Positions 19,553 to 29,865 of a stretch of DNA of 64,000 bases are shown piece by piece. Each line of letters begins with the position of its first letter. Position 1 is the stretch's first letter. The position numbers and the translations under genes are program-made. The notes under the pieces are model-generated. The model worked only from the letters and a program-made list of their open reading frames with translations. It was not told where the DNA came from and searched no databases. Source of the stretch: Spirochaetia bacterium (lineage in GTDB: Bacteria; Spirochaetota; Spirochaetia; SZUA-6; Bin103); assembly GCA_965208575.1 (NCBI GenBank), contig CBDBOV010000004.1, forward strand, positions 640,001-704,000. The letters are read 5' to 3'.

Positions 19553-21808
19553 GTGGCTGACACGGTTGCCGAGGTCAGGTCGGGCGCCGCCGCGCAGGAA
19601 CAGGTATTCGTCGCCTCCCAGTGGCGGCTGATGTGGTGGCGGTTTCGCCGCCACCGCCTGGCCGTGGTGTCCGGCGTCGTGCTGCTCGTGTTCTACCTGG
19701 TCACGCTGTTCGCACCGTTCTTTGCCGTCCACGACCCGACGCTGTCGGAGGCGGAACGCACGCTGATGCCACCGCAGAAGATCCACTGGTTCGACGACGG
19801 CAGGCTGCAGCCGCACGTGTTCGCGGTGGAAGGCGCGCGCGACCCGCGCACCTTCAAGCGCGTCTACACCGAGGACCGGGCCCGCAAGTACCCGGTGCGC
19901 CTGCTCGCGCGCGGCTTTCCCTACAAGCTGCTGTGGATCTTTCCCACCGACATCCACCTGCTCGGTGCGCCCGACGCCGAGGCGCCGACCCTGTTTCTGC
20001 TGGGCGCCGACGTCCAGGGCCGCGACCTCTGGTCGCGGGTGGTGTACGGCACCCGCGTGTCGATGTCGATCGGCCTGGTCGGAGTGACGTTGAGCCTGTT
20101 CCTCGGCATCCTGCTCGGCGGCATCTCCGGATTCTACGGCGGCGTGGTGGACTCGGTGATCCAGCGCGCCATCGAGATCATCCGCTCGATTCCCGCGATC
20201 CCGTTCTGGATGGGGCTGGCGGCGTTCCTGCCGCGCGACTGGAGCGTGCTGCAGATCTACTTCGCGATCACCATCATCATCTCCGTGCTCGGCTGGACCG
20301 GGCTGGCGCGGGTGGTGCGAGGGCGGTTCCTGGCGCTGCGCGACGAGGACTTCGTGACCGCCGCGCAACTCTCCGGGGCGAGCCGCACCAAGACCATCTT
20401 CCGCTACATGCTGCCGTCGTTCTACAGCCACATCATCGCCGAGATCACCCTGTCGATTCCGCAGATGATCATCAGCGAGACGGCGCTCAGCTTCCTCGGG
20501 CTAGGCATCCGGCCGCCGGCGGTCAGCTACGGCACGCTGCTGCAGGCGGCACAGAACGTGCAGACCGTAGCGCTCACGCCGTGGCTGATGATTCCCGCGG
20601 TCCCGGTCATCGTCGCCGTGCTCGCCTTCAACTTCCTCGGCGACGGCGTGCGCGACGCCGCCGACCCATACGCCAGCCACGCCTCGACCCGCCGCAAGGG
20701 CAGGGAGCGCGGGCGGCGGCTCATCGCCCGCGCCGGCACCTCCGGGCCGGCGCCTCGGGCGCACGAGCCGCCGCCGGCCGACGCGCCGCCGATCCTGCAG
20801 GTGCGCAACCTGCACACGCACTTCCCGGTCGACGAGGGCACCGTGGTGGCGGTGGACGGCGCGAGTTTCGACGTGCCGGCCGGCAGGACCCTCGGCATCG
20901 TCGGCGAGAGCGGATGCGGCAAGAGCGTCACGGCGCGCTCGGTGCTGCGTATCCTCGACCGCCCCGGCGAGATCGTCGCCGGCGAGATCCTGTTCCGGCG
21001 CGCGCCCGCCGGAGGGCACGCGGAGATTCTCGATCTGGCCGCGCTCGAGGCGGACGGCGAGCAGATGCGCGCCATCCGCGGCGGCGAAATCGCGCTGGTG
21101 TTCCAGGAGCCGATGGCCTCGTTCAGCCCGGTGCACACGGTCAGCGCCCAGCTCCTGGAAGCGATCCGGCTGCACCGGCCCGACGCCGGCAAGGAGGAAG
21201 CGCGCGAAATCGGCATCGAGGCGCTGCGCCAGGTGCACATCCCCAACCCCGAGCAGCGCATCGACTCCTACGCGTTCGAGCTGTCCGGCGGCCTGCGCCA
21301 GCGCGCCATGATCGCCATCGCCCTGTCCTGCCGCCCCAGCCTGCTGATCGCCGACGAGCCCACCACCGCCCTCGACGTCACGACCCAGGCGCAGATTCTC
21401 GACCTGATCCGCGAGCTGCAGGGCGAGCACGGCATGGCGATCATGCTGATCACCCACGACATGGGGGTGATCGCGGAGATGGCGGACGAGGTGGTGGTGA
21501 TGTACCTCGGGCGCGTGGTGGAGAGCGCCCCGGTCGACGACATCTTCCACAACCCCAGGCACCCCTACACGCAGGCGCTGCACCGCTCCATTCCGAACAT
21601 CGCCGCGCCCACCGGGCAGGAACTCGACTCGATCGCCGGCACGGTCCCCCACCCCAATGAGCGTCCGTCCGGATGCCCGTTCCATCCGCGCTGCCCGTCG
21701 TTCATGCCCGACACCTGCGACCGTGCCGTGCCCGAGCTGCTGCCGGTGGCTGCCGGCCACGGCGCCAGTTGCTTCCTCCACCAGGAGGCGCCGGTGGGCA
21801 CCCGATGA
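19553..21808 (+). CDS. Fused OppC-like permease and OppD-like ATPase
   Basis: [33 protein letters not shown], then in frame [25 protein letters not shown]. Confidence 0.85.
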   Translation: MADTVAEVRSGAAAQEQVFVASQWRLMWWRFRRHRLAVVSGVVLLVFYLVTLFAPFFAVHDPTLSEAERTLMPPQKIHWFDDGRLQPHVFAVEGARDPRTFKRVYTEDRARKYPVRLLARGFPYKLLWIFPTDIHLLGAPDAEAPTLFLLGADVQGRDLWSRVVYGTRVSMSIGLVGVTLSLFLGILLGGISGFYGGVVDSVIQRAIEIIRSIPAIPFWMGLAAFLPRDWSVLQIYFAITIIISVLGWTGLARVVRGRFLALRDEDFVTAAQLSGASRTKTIFRYMLPSFYSHIIAEITLSIPQMIISETALSFLGLGIRPPAVSYGTLLQAAQNVQTVALTPWLMIPAVPVIVAVLAFNFLGDGVRDAADPYASHASTRRKGRERGRRLIARAGTSGPAPRAHEPPPADAPPILQVRNLHTHFPVDEGTVVAVDGASFDVPAGRTLGIVGESGCGKSVTARSVLRILDRPGEIVAGEILFRRAPAGGHAEILDLAALEADGEQMRAIRGGEIALVFQEPMASFSPVHTVSAQLLEAIRLHRPDAGKEEAREIGIEALRQVHIPNPEQRIDSYAFELSGGLRQRAMIAIALSCRPSLLIADEPTTALDVTTQAQILDLIRELQGEHGMAIMLITHDMGVIAEMADEVVVMYLGRVVESAPVDDIFHNPRHPYTQALHRSIPNIAAPTGQELDSIAGTVPHPNERPSGCPFHPRCPSFMPDTCDRAVPELLPVAAGHGASCFLHQEAPVGTR

Positions 21809-22845
21809 GCCACGCACGCGGCGGCGGACCCCTGCTGGAGGTGCGCAACCTCACCAAGTACTTCCCGATCCGCAAGGGCCTGCTCAAACGGGTGCTGGGC
21901 CAGGTGCGCGCGGTGGACGGCGTCAGCTTCAGCCTCGACGAGCGCGAGACGCTCGGACTGGTCGGCGAGAGCGGCTGCGGCAAGACCACCACCTCGCGCT
22001 GCATCCTGCGCGCCCTCGATCCCACCTCCGGCCAGATGCACTTTCGCACCCGGGCCGGGCAGCGCGTCGATCTTGCCACCCTCGACCACCGCGAACTGCG
22101 CGAGGTGCGGCGCGAGGTGCAGATGATCTTCCAGGACCCGTTCTCCTCGCTCAATCCGCGCATGACGCTGTTCGACATCGTCGGCGACCCGCTGCTGAAC
22201 TACGGCATGCGCTCGCGCGCGCAGCGCGAGGACCGGGTCGCCGAGCTGCTCACGCTGGTCGGGCTGCGGCCGGAATTCATCCGCCGCTTCCCGCACGCGT
22301 TCAGCGGCGGCCAGCGCCAGCGCATCGGCATCGCGCGCGCCCTGGCGCCGGAGCCGCGCCTGCTGGTGGCGGACGAGCCGGTGTCCGCGCTCGACGTGTC
22401 GATCCAGGCGCAGGTGCTCAACCTGCTCGCCGACCTGCGCGGCCGGATCGGGCTCTCCTACCTGTTCGTGGCGCACGACCTGAGCGTGGTCAAGCAGTTC
22501 TGCCACCGGGTTGCGGTGATGTACGTGGGCAAGATCGTCGAGACGGCCGCCACCGAGGATCTGTTCGCCGCGCCCCGCCACCCCTACACGGAGGCGCTGC
22601 TGTCCGCGGTGCCGCGCCCCGACCCGCGCGTGCGCACCGAACGCATCATCCTGCGCGGCGAAGTGGCCAACCCCGCCGACCCGCCGCCCGGCTGCAGCTT
22701 CCACCCGCGCTGCACCTACGCCACCGACGCGTGCCGCGCCCGCGAACCGGCGCTGGAGCCGATCGCCACCGACCACGAGGCAAGCTGCCACCACACCGGC
22801 GACCTCGACCTGGCCGGCGTGGCCACCACCGGCGCGGCGACCTGA
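21805..22845 (+). CDS. OppF-like ABC ATPase
   Basis: [31 protein letters not shown]; ATGA overlap with upstream stop. Confidence 0.9.
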   Translation: MSHARGGGPLLEVRNLTKYFPIRKGLLKRVLGQVRAVDGVSFSLDERETLGLVGESGCGKTTTSRCILRALDPTSGQMHFRTRAGQRVDLATLDHRELREVRREVQMIFQDPFSSLNPRMTLFDIVGDPLLNYGMRSRAQREDRVAELLTLVGLRPEFIRRFPHAFSGGQRQRIGIARALAPEPRLLVADEPVSALDVSIQAQVLNLLADLRGRIGLSYLFVAHDLSVVKQFCHRVAVMYVGKIVETAATEDLFAAPRHPYTEALLSAVPRPDPRVRTERIILRGEVANPADPPPGCSFHPRCTYATDACRAREPALEPIATDHEASCHHTGDLDLAGVATTGAAT

Positions 22846-22862
22846 TGGCAGGCGCCTAATGA

Positions 22863-22897
22863 ACGGGCTCCGCGGCACGACGGCGCGCGGAGCCCGT
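22863..22897. terminator. GC-rich hairpin between convergent genes
   Basis: ACGGGCTCCGCG...CGCGGAGCCCGT. Confidence 0.6.
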
Positions 22898-22946
22898 GAG
22901 ACTGCTCTCGGCGGTCAGGTCAGGGAACTGAAGTCCTCGACGGACG

Positions 22947-24992
22947 TCAGTTCTTGAAAAACCACTGCTCCGGACGGGAGATGTTGGGGTTGGAGGTGTT
23001 GGCGTTGTTCATCTGCCGGGCCGGGATGTTGCCCAGGTTGTTGGACACGATGCGCACCCCCTGGATGGTCGGCGACAGGCCGACGGTGCCGATCATCCAC
23101 TGCTGGTCGAGAATGATGCGCCACATCTCCTTGGCCATTTCGGCGGCCTCGTCCGGCGGCGCCATCTTGGCCATCTGGTACAGGTCGTTGACCCGCTTCA
23201 CCTCGGCGGGCGGCTCGCGGCCGCTTTCGCCGCCGGTGGCGATCCACTCGCCCCACAGCGGCCCCTGGTAGGCGCCGGCCCGGTTCGGCCACAGCGCCGT
23301 CGGATGGCCGAACACGTTGCCGGCTCCCCACGGCACGTTGATGGTCAGGTGGTGCTCGTTGGCGCGCACCCGCCGGCCCGATAGCGAGCGCTCATACTCC
23401 TTGACGTCGAGGAATATGCCGATCTGTTGGTACTGCTCCTTGACCATCTCGCCGAGGCCGGTGAAGTCCATGAACGACAGGTAGGTCATCAGCTCGATCA
23501 CCAGCCGGCCGCCGCCGTCGGTGCGCAGCCGGTAGCCCTCGGCGTCCTTCTCGGTCAGTCCCATCTCGTCGAGCATCCGGTTGGCGGTGGCCGGGTCGTG
23601 GGTGGACCACAGGGTGCGCCACTCGGTGTCGGGTCCCGGGCTGTAGATGGTGGTCTCCTCGGGAGCGATCGAGCCCGGCGTGCCGAGACCGAGGAAGAAC
23701 ACCTCGTTGATCGCGTCGCGGTCGATGCCGAGCGCCAGGGCGCGGCGGAAGTCGACGTTGCCCAGCCACTTGCCGATCTCGGCGTCCGCCTCGAAGGTGG
23801 AGTTGACGTAGATCGCGGCGTCGCCGCCGTGCTGGGAGGTGTCCAGGTGCACCTTGTAGTTGCCCTTCTCCTCGTTCTCCAGGAACACCGGCAGCTTGCG
23901 CAGGTCCATGTGGCGGGCCATCGAGTCGAACTCGCCGGCGATGGCGCGCAGGTTCAGCACCTCCAGGTTCTCGCCCTTGGTCATCACGATGTAGTCGATG
24001 TAGGGCAACTGGTTGCCGGCCTCGTCCATCCAGATGCTGTAGGCGTTGCGCTTCCACTCGAAGGTCTCCTCGGTGATCGGCACGGTAACCTGCCACGCCG
24101 ACACGATCGGCAGCTCCGGATTCAGCCAGGAGCGGTTCTTCTCATTGACGAACAGCGCCCAGTTGTCGAAGCCCGCTTCCTTCGCCATCGCCTCCACCTT
24201 GTCCTGGCCGATGAAGTCGGGGTGGAACTGCTTGATGTAGTGGGCGGGAGCGAATCCGCCGCCGGAGGCGCCGCCCCAGCGTCCGTGGCCGCTCAGCCAA
24301 CTGGTGCTGGCCAGCTTGTTGAGCAGTCCGTAGTAGGGGTCGTCCGACACGAACGCGACCGCCGTGTCGCTCACCTTGACCACCCGCACCGGCTTGCCGT
24401 TGAGCATCAGTTCGCCGATGCCGCCGCGCCGCAGGTCGTTGTTGGTGGCCATGTGGTCATACCAGAACTGCCAGTCGTCGGCCGTGAACGGGGCGCCGTC
24501 CGACCACCGCATGCCCTGGCGCAGGTGCAGGGTGGTGGTGCGGCCGTCCGCGCTCACCTCCCAGTCGCGGGCGATGTTGGGGACGATCTCGGTCTCGGTG
24601 TAGTTCCAGTGCAGCGGCCGGTCGTGCAGCACGGCGCGGGTGGCATTGGCGCCGTCGTTGGGGCCGATGAATCCGCGCCGCCAGGTACCGCCGTACGTGC
24701 CGATCTCGTGAATCGGCCTGAGCACCAGCGGCTCCGGTCCGACCCGCTCCTCCACCGGCGGCAGCTCGCCCGCGGCCACCATCTCGGCCAGCATCGGCGC
24801 CTCCTGGTAGCTGGCCGGAACGAAGTCGCGCAGGACGCGCACTCCCTCCAGCTCGCCGATCAGCGCGCGCGGGGACTCGCCCTCTTCGGGCGCCGCGGCG
24901 GTCTGGTCCGCCTCCCCCGCGCCGAACACCGGCATCGCGACTGCCAGGGCAAGCCCACACCCCAGCGCCATCACCTTCGATCCGATTCTCAT
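22947..24992 (-). CDS. Family 5 ABC substrate-binding protein
   Basis: Signal peptide; EAPMLAEMVAAGELPPVEERV, WSDGAPFTADD, GNQLPYID; AGAAAGGAG RBS. Confidence 0.9.
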   Translation of the reverse strand: MRIGSKVMALGCGLALAVAMPVFGAGEADQTAAAPEEGESPRALIGELEGVRVLRDFVPASYQEAPMLAEMVAAGELPPVEERVGPEPLVLRPIHEIGTYGGTWRRGFIGPNDGANATRAVLHDRPLHWNYTETEIVPNIARDWEVSADGRTTTLHLRQGMRWSDGAPFTADDWQFWYDHMATNNDLRRGGIGELMLNGKPVRVVKVSDTAVAFVSDDPYYGLLNKLASTSWLSGHGRWGGASGGGFAPAHYIKQFHPDFIGQDKVEAMAKEAGFDNWALFVNEKNRSWLNPELPIVSAWQVTVPITEETFEWKRNAYSIWMDEAGNQLPYIDYIVMTKGENLEVLNLRAIAGEFDSMARHMDLRKLPVFLENEEKGNYKVHLDTSQHGGDAAIYVNSTFEADAEIGKWLGNVDFRRALALGIDRDAINEVFFLGLGTPGSIAPEETTIYSPGPDTEWRTLWSTHDPATANRMLDEMGLTEKDAEGYRLRTDGGGRLVIELMTYLSFMDFTGLGEMVKEQYQQIGIFLDVKEYERSLSGRRVRANEHHLTINVPWGAGNVFGHPTALWPNRAGAYQGPLWGEWIATGGESGREPPAEVKRVNDLYQMAKMAPPDEAAEMAKEMWRIILDQQWMIGTVGLSPTIQGVRIVSNNLGNIPARQMNNANTSNPNISRPEQWFFKN

Positions 24993-25094
24993 CACGAAAG
25001 GCTCCTTTCTCCTTGAGATTGCCGGCCAGTGCACGACGAATGCGCACCGTTGTCAAGCTCCTGCACGACACACTACGGTCTCCGCGAGGCAAGG

Positions 25095-25985
25095 ATGGAG
25101 AAGGTACTGACCGATGCCCAGGTGCAGCAGTTCCGCGCCGATGGGCTGTTGCTGATCCCGGGGCTGATTCCGGAGAGCGTGTATGGCCCGGTGCGGAAGG
25201 ACCTCGGCCGCCTGATCGACGCCGCCAGGGATGGCCCGGCGCCCGACCACACCTACATGTACTACACGGACCCGCGTCCCGGAGACCGGCCGTGGCTGTA
25301 CCGGATCAACGAGCTGATCGGCACCCATCGGCTCGACAGCGTCAAGCTGATGCTCGCCTACCCGCCGTTGCTCACCGCGGTGTGGCAGGTGGTGGGGCGC
25401 GAGCACTTCGCCGCTTCGGCGGCGGCGGTGGTGTTCAAGCTGCCCAACTCGGTGGTGCCGGTGGGGTGGCACCAGGACGGCGTTGCGGTGAACCGCTGGC
25501 CGGTGTTCGACACCGACATCTACCTGGACGACAGCGACCCCGACAACGGCGGCTTGTGGGGCATTCCCGGCAGCCACCTGGCCGGCTACAACCCGGAGCT
25601 GCGCAACGAGCTGATCGCCAGCTACACCGGCGGCCGGGAAGCGGGCGACGTACCCGGCGCGGTGCCGGTGATCGCCAGGCCCGGCGACGTCAACCTGCAC
25701 GCCAACTCGGTGGTGCACGGATCGTTCGCCAGCCGCACGCCGCGGCTGCGGCGCGCCCTGTACTTCCACTGGGACAACTACGCCGACATCGCGTTGCGCT
25801 CCGAGGACGACCAGTGGCGCCGGCTCTACCTGTGGGCGCAGCAATCGGTCTGCGACGCCATCGCCCTGCGCGCAAGCCGCTTCCCGAACGAGACCCCGTT
25901 CCCCTACCAGACGGTGGCGCCGGAAGCCCTGCCCGGATCCAGCCCCGAATGGTTCTCCCCAACTCAAACCACCCGAAAACGATAG
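25095..25985 (+). CDS. PhyH-family Fe(II)/2OG dioxygenase
   Basis: WHQDG, NGGLWGIPGSH, HGS facial-triad motifs. Confidence 0.85.
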   Translation: MEKVLTDAQVQQFRADGLLLIPGLIPESVYGPVRKDLGRLIDAARDGPAPDHTYMYYTDPRPGDRPWLYRINELIGTHRLDSVKLMLAYPPLLTAVWQVVGREHFAASAAAVVFKLPNSVVPVGWHQDGVAVNRWPVFDTDIYLDDSDPDNGGLWGIPGSHLAGYNPELRNELIASYTGGREAGDVPGAVPVIARPGDVNLHANSVVHGSFASRTPRLRRALYFHWDNYADIALRSEDDQWRRLYLWAQQSVCDAIALRASRFPNETPFPYQTVAPEALPGSSPEWFSPTQTTRKR

Positions 25986-26031
25986 CGCAACGGATTGACA
26001 ATCGGGAGCGCGGTAGTGCAGTTTGTCTAAC

Positions 26032-26295
26032 ATGACTCAGGTCGACGTGCGCCAACTGCAACACCATCTCGGTCGCTACCTGGATGCGGTAGAGGCGGGT
26101 GAGGTCCTGGAAGTGCGGCGCCGCCGCCGCGTGATCGCTCGGGTGGTTCCCTGCTCACCGGAGAAGCCGTCCGAGGCTTGGCCGGACCTCGTCGAACGCC
26201 TGGAACGGATCTACCCGGACGGACCGATCGCCGAGTCTGCTGCCGAGCAACTGTATCGCGACCGCGACGGCATCGACAGCAGCGCCTCCAACTGA
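26032..26295 (+). CDS. Phd/YefM-family antitoxin
   Basis: QVDVRQLQHHLGRYLDAVEAGEVLEVRRR..IARVVP; upstream of a PIN toxin. Confidence 0.8.
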   Translation: MTQVDVRQLQHHLGRYLDAVEAGEVLEVRRRRRVIARVVPCSPEKPSEAWPDLVERLERIYPDGPIAESAAEQLYRDRDGIDSSASN

Positions 26296-26327
26296 GGTGG
26301 TTCAGTGTCAGAGCAGGCGGCGCTAAC

Positions 26328-28305
26328 CCCAAGTTTGGGGGCCCGTTCTTGTAAGTACTTTATATCACAAGAATTAGCGTGTTTGTGGGTGTAAATCGTG
26401 TCCATGTAAATCGTCCTTGTTTTCAGCGGTCTTTTTCTCTCATCTAATTGACAGTCAATCATTAAATGATTTACTCTTCCTTCCCGAAGGGTGCCCATGT
26501 ACATCGACACCGTCCCCAACCGCAACTCTCCCCCAGCCGTCCTCCTCCGCGAATCCTTCCGCCAGCACGGCAAGGTCCGAAAACGCACCATCGCCAACCT
26601 CTCCAAGTGGCCCGATCACCTCGTCGATGGTTTGCGCGTCCTCCTCAACGGCGGTATCGCTCTCCGCTCTCCCAACGAACTGCTCTCCATCTTGCGCAGC
26701 TATCCCCACGGCCACGTCGCCGCCGTCCTCGGTTCCCTCCGCAAGCTCTCCCTCCATTCCCTCGTCGCTCGTCCCGCCTCCCGGGAGCGCGACCTGGTCG
26801 TCGCCATGATCGTCGCTCGCGTCGTCGACGCACGCTCCAAGCTCGCCACCGCTCGCGGCCTGAACCCCGAAAGCGCCGTCTCCTCCCTCGGCCACCTGCT
26901 GCAGTTGGGAGCCGTCGACGAGAATGAGCTGTACAACGCCATGGACTGGCTACTCGCTCGCCAGCACGGCATCGAAAAGCGCTTGGCCAAGCGCCATCTG
27001 CAGGACAACACGCTCATGTTGTACGACCTGACTTCCAGTTACTTCGAGGGACACACCTGCCCGTTGGCGCGCCGCGGTCACAGCCGCGACGGCAAGCGCG
27101 GCACCTTGCAGATCGTGTTCGGCCTGCTGTGTACCGCCGCCGGCTGCCCCATCGCCGTCGAGGTCTTCGAAGGCTCCACCGGCGATCCCAAGACGGTCGC
27201 CGCTCAGGTCGACAAGATTCGCAACCGTTTCGGCTTGCAGCGCGTCGTGCTGGTCGGCGACCGCGGCATGCTCACCGGCGCGCGCATCCGCGAGGACCTG
27301 CAGGGGATCGACGGTCTGCGCTGGATCACGACCCTGCGGGCGCCCACCATCCGCAAGCTGATCAAGGCCGGTGAAGTGGCGCAGACCATGTTCGACGAGC
27401 GTGACCTGGCGGAGATCAGCTCACCCGAGTTCCCGGGCGAGCGGCTGATCGTGTGCCGCAACCCGATCCTGGCCGAGCAACGGCAGCGCAAGAGGCAGGC
27501 GTTGCTGGCCTCCACGGAGGAGGAACTGACGCCGATCGTGACGGCCACGCAGCGCGCCAAGGAGCCGCTGCGCGGCGCCGGCGCGATCGGCCTGCGGGTG
27601 GGCAAGGTGATCAACCACTACAAGGTGGGCAAGCATTTCACCACCACCATCACCGACGACTCGTTCTCGTTCGCGCGTGATCTGGACAAGATCGCGGCCG
27701 AGGAAGAACTGGACGGGCTCTACATCGTGCGCTCCAACGTGGAGCCGGAGCTGTTCGACGCCGAGCAGACGGTGACGGCGTACAAGGACCTGGCCAAGGT
27801 GGAACGTGCGTTCCGCAGCATGAAGACGGTGGATCTGAAGGTGCGACCGATCTATCACCGCAGCGCAGACCGGGTGCGGGCGCACGTGTTCCTGTGCATG
27901 CTGGCCTACTACGTGGAGTGGCACATGCGCAGGAAGCTGGCGCCGGTGCTGTTCGACGACCACGATCCCGCAGCTGGCGAGCAGTTGCGCGAGTCGGTGG
28001 TGCAACCGGCGCAACGGTCACCGGCGGCACACCGGAAGGCGGCGAGCAAGCGCACCGACGACGGTCTGCCGGTGCACAGCTTTCGCGGCCTGATGAGCGA
28101 GTTGGGGACGCTGACGGCCAACCGCGTGCGGATGGTGGACAGCGGCGCCACGTTCACCATGCACAGCGAACCGACCGCGCTGCAGCAGCGCTGTTTCGAT
28201 CTCCTGGAGGTCAGCGCCCAAGTGTAGCCAGTAACGGACATCGGCTGTTGAGCGCAATTCTCAGATCAATAACGAATTAACAAAATCCCCGCTCTGGAAC
28301 TTCGG
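26328..28305 (+). mobile_element. IS1634-family insertion sequence, copy 2
   Basis: TIRs CCCAAGTT...AACTTCGG; TSD GCTAAC at 26322-26327 and 28306-28311; closely similar to copy 1, opposite orientation. Confidence 0.93.
26497..28227 (+). CDS. IS1634-family DDE transposase
   Basis: Same length (1731 nt) and motifs as copy 1, with scattered substitutions. Confidence 0.93.
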   Translation: MYIDTVPNRNSPPAVLLRESFRQHGKVRKRTIANLSKWPDHLVDGLRVLLNGGIALRSPNELLSILRSYPHGHVAAVLGSLRKLSLHSLVARPASRERDLVVAMIVARVVDARSKLATARGLNPESAVSSLGHLLQLGAVDENELYNAMDWLLARQHGIEKRLAKRHLQDNTLMLYDLTSSYFEGHTCPLARRGHSRDGKRGTLQIVFGLLCTAAGCPIAVEVFEGSTGDPKTVAAQVDKIRNRFGLQRVVLVGDRGMLTGARIREDLQGIDGLRWITTLRAPTIRKLIKAGEVAQTMFDERDLAEISSPEFPGERLIVCRNPILAEQRQRKRQALLASTEEELTPIVTATQRAKEPLRGAGAIGLRVGKVINHYKVGKHFTTTITDDSFSFARDLDKIAAEEELDGLYIVRSNVEPELFDAEQTVTAYKDLAKVERAFRSMKTVDLKVRPIYHRSADRVRAHVFLCMLAYYVEWHMRRKLAPVLFDDHDPAAGEQLRESVVQPAQRSPAAHRKAASKRTDDGLPVHSFRGLMSELGTLTANRVRMVDSGATFTMHSEPTALQQRCFDLLEVSAQV

Positions 28306-28796
28306 GCTAACCCGGACAAGCGCCTACGTGGACTCCGGCGTGCTCATCAAGCTCTACGTCCGCGAGCCCAATTCAGCGGCGGCCGCACAACTCGTGACGG
28401 CCTTCCCTTCAGTGAAGCTCTATCCGTTCCAGGAGTTGGAGGTAAGAAACACCCTGCGCGCGCTCGCCGGGCGCACCATCATCACCGACGCGCAACGGGC
28501 AGTCGCGGAGCACGAGTTCGAGCGTGACCTGATATTGGGAAGGCTGCGACGCGCGGTTCCCGACTGGCGACAGGTGTTCCAGGTCGCCCTACGACTCTCA
28601 ATGGACCACACCGCCGCAACGCTCGCCCGCTCCTTGGACATTCTCCATGTGGCAGTCGCCATCGCCGAACAGGCCGAGCCCTTCATCACGGGAGACCGCC
28701 GCCAGCAGGACGTCGCCCAGCGAGAGGGACTCGCAACGGAGCTCCTGCAGTGAGATTCGCCAGTCATCATGTGAGACACCCAGCCGGTAATACCGA

Positions 28797-29717
28797 TCAT
28801 ATGTGCAGGGCGATGGAGCGGAGGGCGTGATCGCGGTCTTCTGGGGTTGCGGGCGGTTCGAGGCCGAGGCTGCGGTAGGGGAACGGGTCTTCGTTGGGGA
28901 AGCGGCCCGAGATGCGGCGGGCTTCGACGGCGATCGGGATCAGTAGCCGGCGGGCCTCGATTGCCGCTTCGTCCCAGGCGGCGCGGATTGCGTCGCGGTG
29001 GTGGAAGCCGACGTACCAGGTGACGCGCAGGTCGGGGGAGACATTCGGCTGGGAGCCGTGCGCGATGGAGCGGCTGTGGATGTTGGCGTCGCCCGGACCC
29101 ACCGGGGCGGCCACGGCGCCCGGCAACGCGAAGCCGTGCCGCTGCACCATCGCGTTCAGGTCGAGGATGCCGCGCCGGTGCGAGCCGGGCAGCACGTGTA
29201 CCGCGCCGTTGGCGACCGCCGACGGGGTCAGGTAGATGCCGAAGTTGTGGCCGCGCTCGGCCACCGCGCCGGTCCTGAAGTTGCCGTCCTGGTGCCAGGG
29301 AAAGCCGGCGCCGTGGTGCGGCATCTTGAGCACGATCGACTCGTCGAACGGCACCATCAGGTCGCCGTACAGTTCGTGCGCCGCGCGCAGGATGCGCGGG
29401 TTGCCGTACGCCTCCAGGAACAGCCGCGACCGCCACGCCGGGTACCGGATGCGGTTCAGCACCGGCTCGCCGGCGTCGTCGAACGGGAATGCGTAGTCCT
29501 CGGGATGGCTGACCGGATCGCCGTGAGCGTCGACCGGCCCCTTCGGTGCGGCCGGTGCCCGGTCGATCAGCCGGCGGGTTTCCGCCAGCAGCTCCCCCGC
29601 TTCGGCCTCGTCGATCAGCCCCTGCAGCAGGTAGAACCCCTGCTCGCGCAACTCGGCCAACTGCGGCCGGCCAAGCACGCGAACCACTCGGTCGCCCTGG
29701 TCCTGCCGCACGCTCAT
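28797..29717 (-). CDS. PhyH-family dioxygenase
   Basis: FPWHQDG, NGAVHVLPGSH, HGSQPN. Confidence 0.85.
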   Translation of the reverse strand: MSVRQDQGDRVVRVLGRPQLAELREQGFYLLQGLIDEAEAGELLAETRRLIDRAPAAPKGPVDAHGDPVSHPEDYAFPFDDAGEPVLNRIRYPAWRSRLFLEAYGNPRILRAAHELYGDLMVPFDESIVLKMPHHGAGFPWHQDGNFRTGAVAERGHNFGIYLTPSAVANGAVHVLPGSHRRGILDLNAMVQRHGFALPGAVAAPVGPGDANIHSRSIAHGSQPNVSPDLRVTWYVGFHHRDAIRAAWDEAAIEARRLLIPIAVEARRISGRFPNEDPFPYRSLGLEPPATPEDRDHALRSIALHI

Positions 29718-29865
29718 GCCCGCTCCCCCGGCTCTCTGCGACACGGCGTGACCCGCACAGCCGGCACCAAGTCGAAACGCGGCGGCGCGCCGTCGCCGGA
29801 CTCCCGAGAGACCGCGGCGGCGTATCCGACCCGCGTGACCCCGTTCGAGCAACAGCAACGGTATC

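Larger units (their letters stand above)
26305..28753 (+). pseudogene. vapC: VapC (PIN) toxin interrupted by IS1634 copy 2 (5' piece 26305-26327, 3' piece 28312-28753)
   Basis: Removing IS plus one TSD restores MSEQAALTRTSAYVDSGVLIKLY...RSLDILHVAVA...FITGDRRQ with GAGGTGG RBS. Confidence 0.85.

Noticed and set aside
9272-28305. Composite transposon formed by the two IS1634 copies
   Set aside because: Each copy has its own distinct TSD on both sides, indicating independent insertions.
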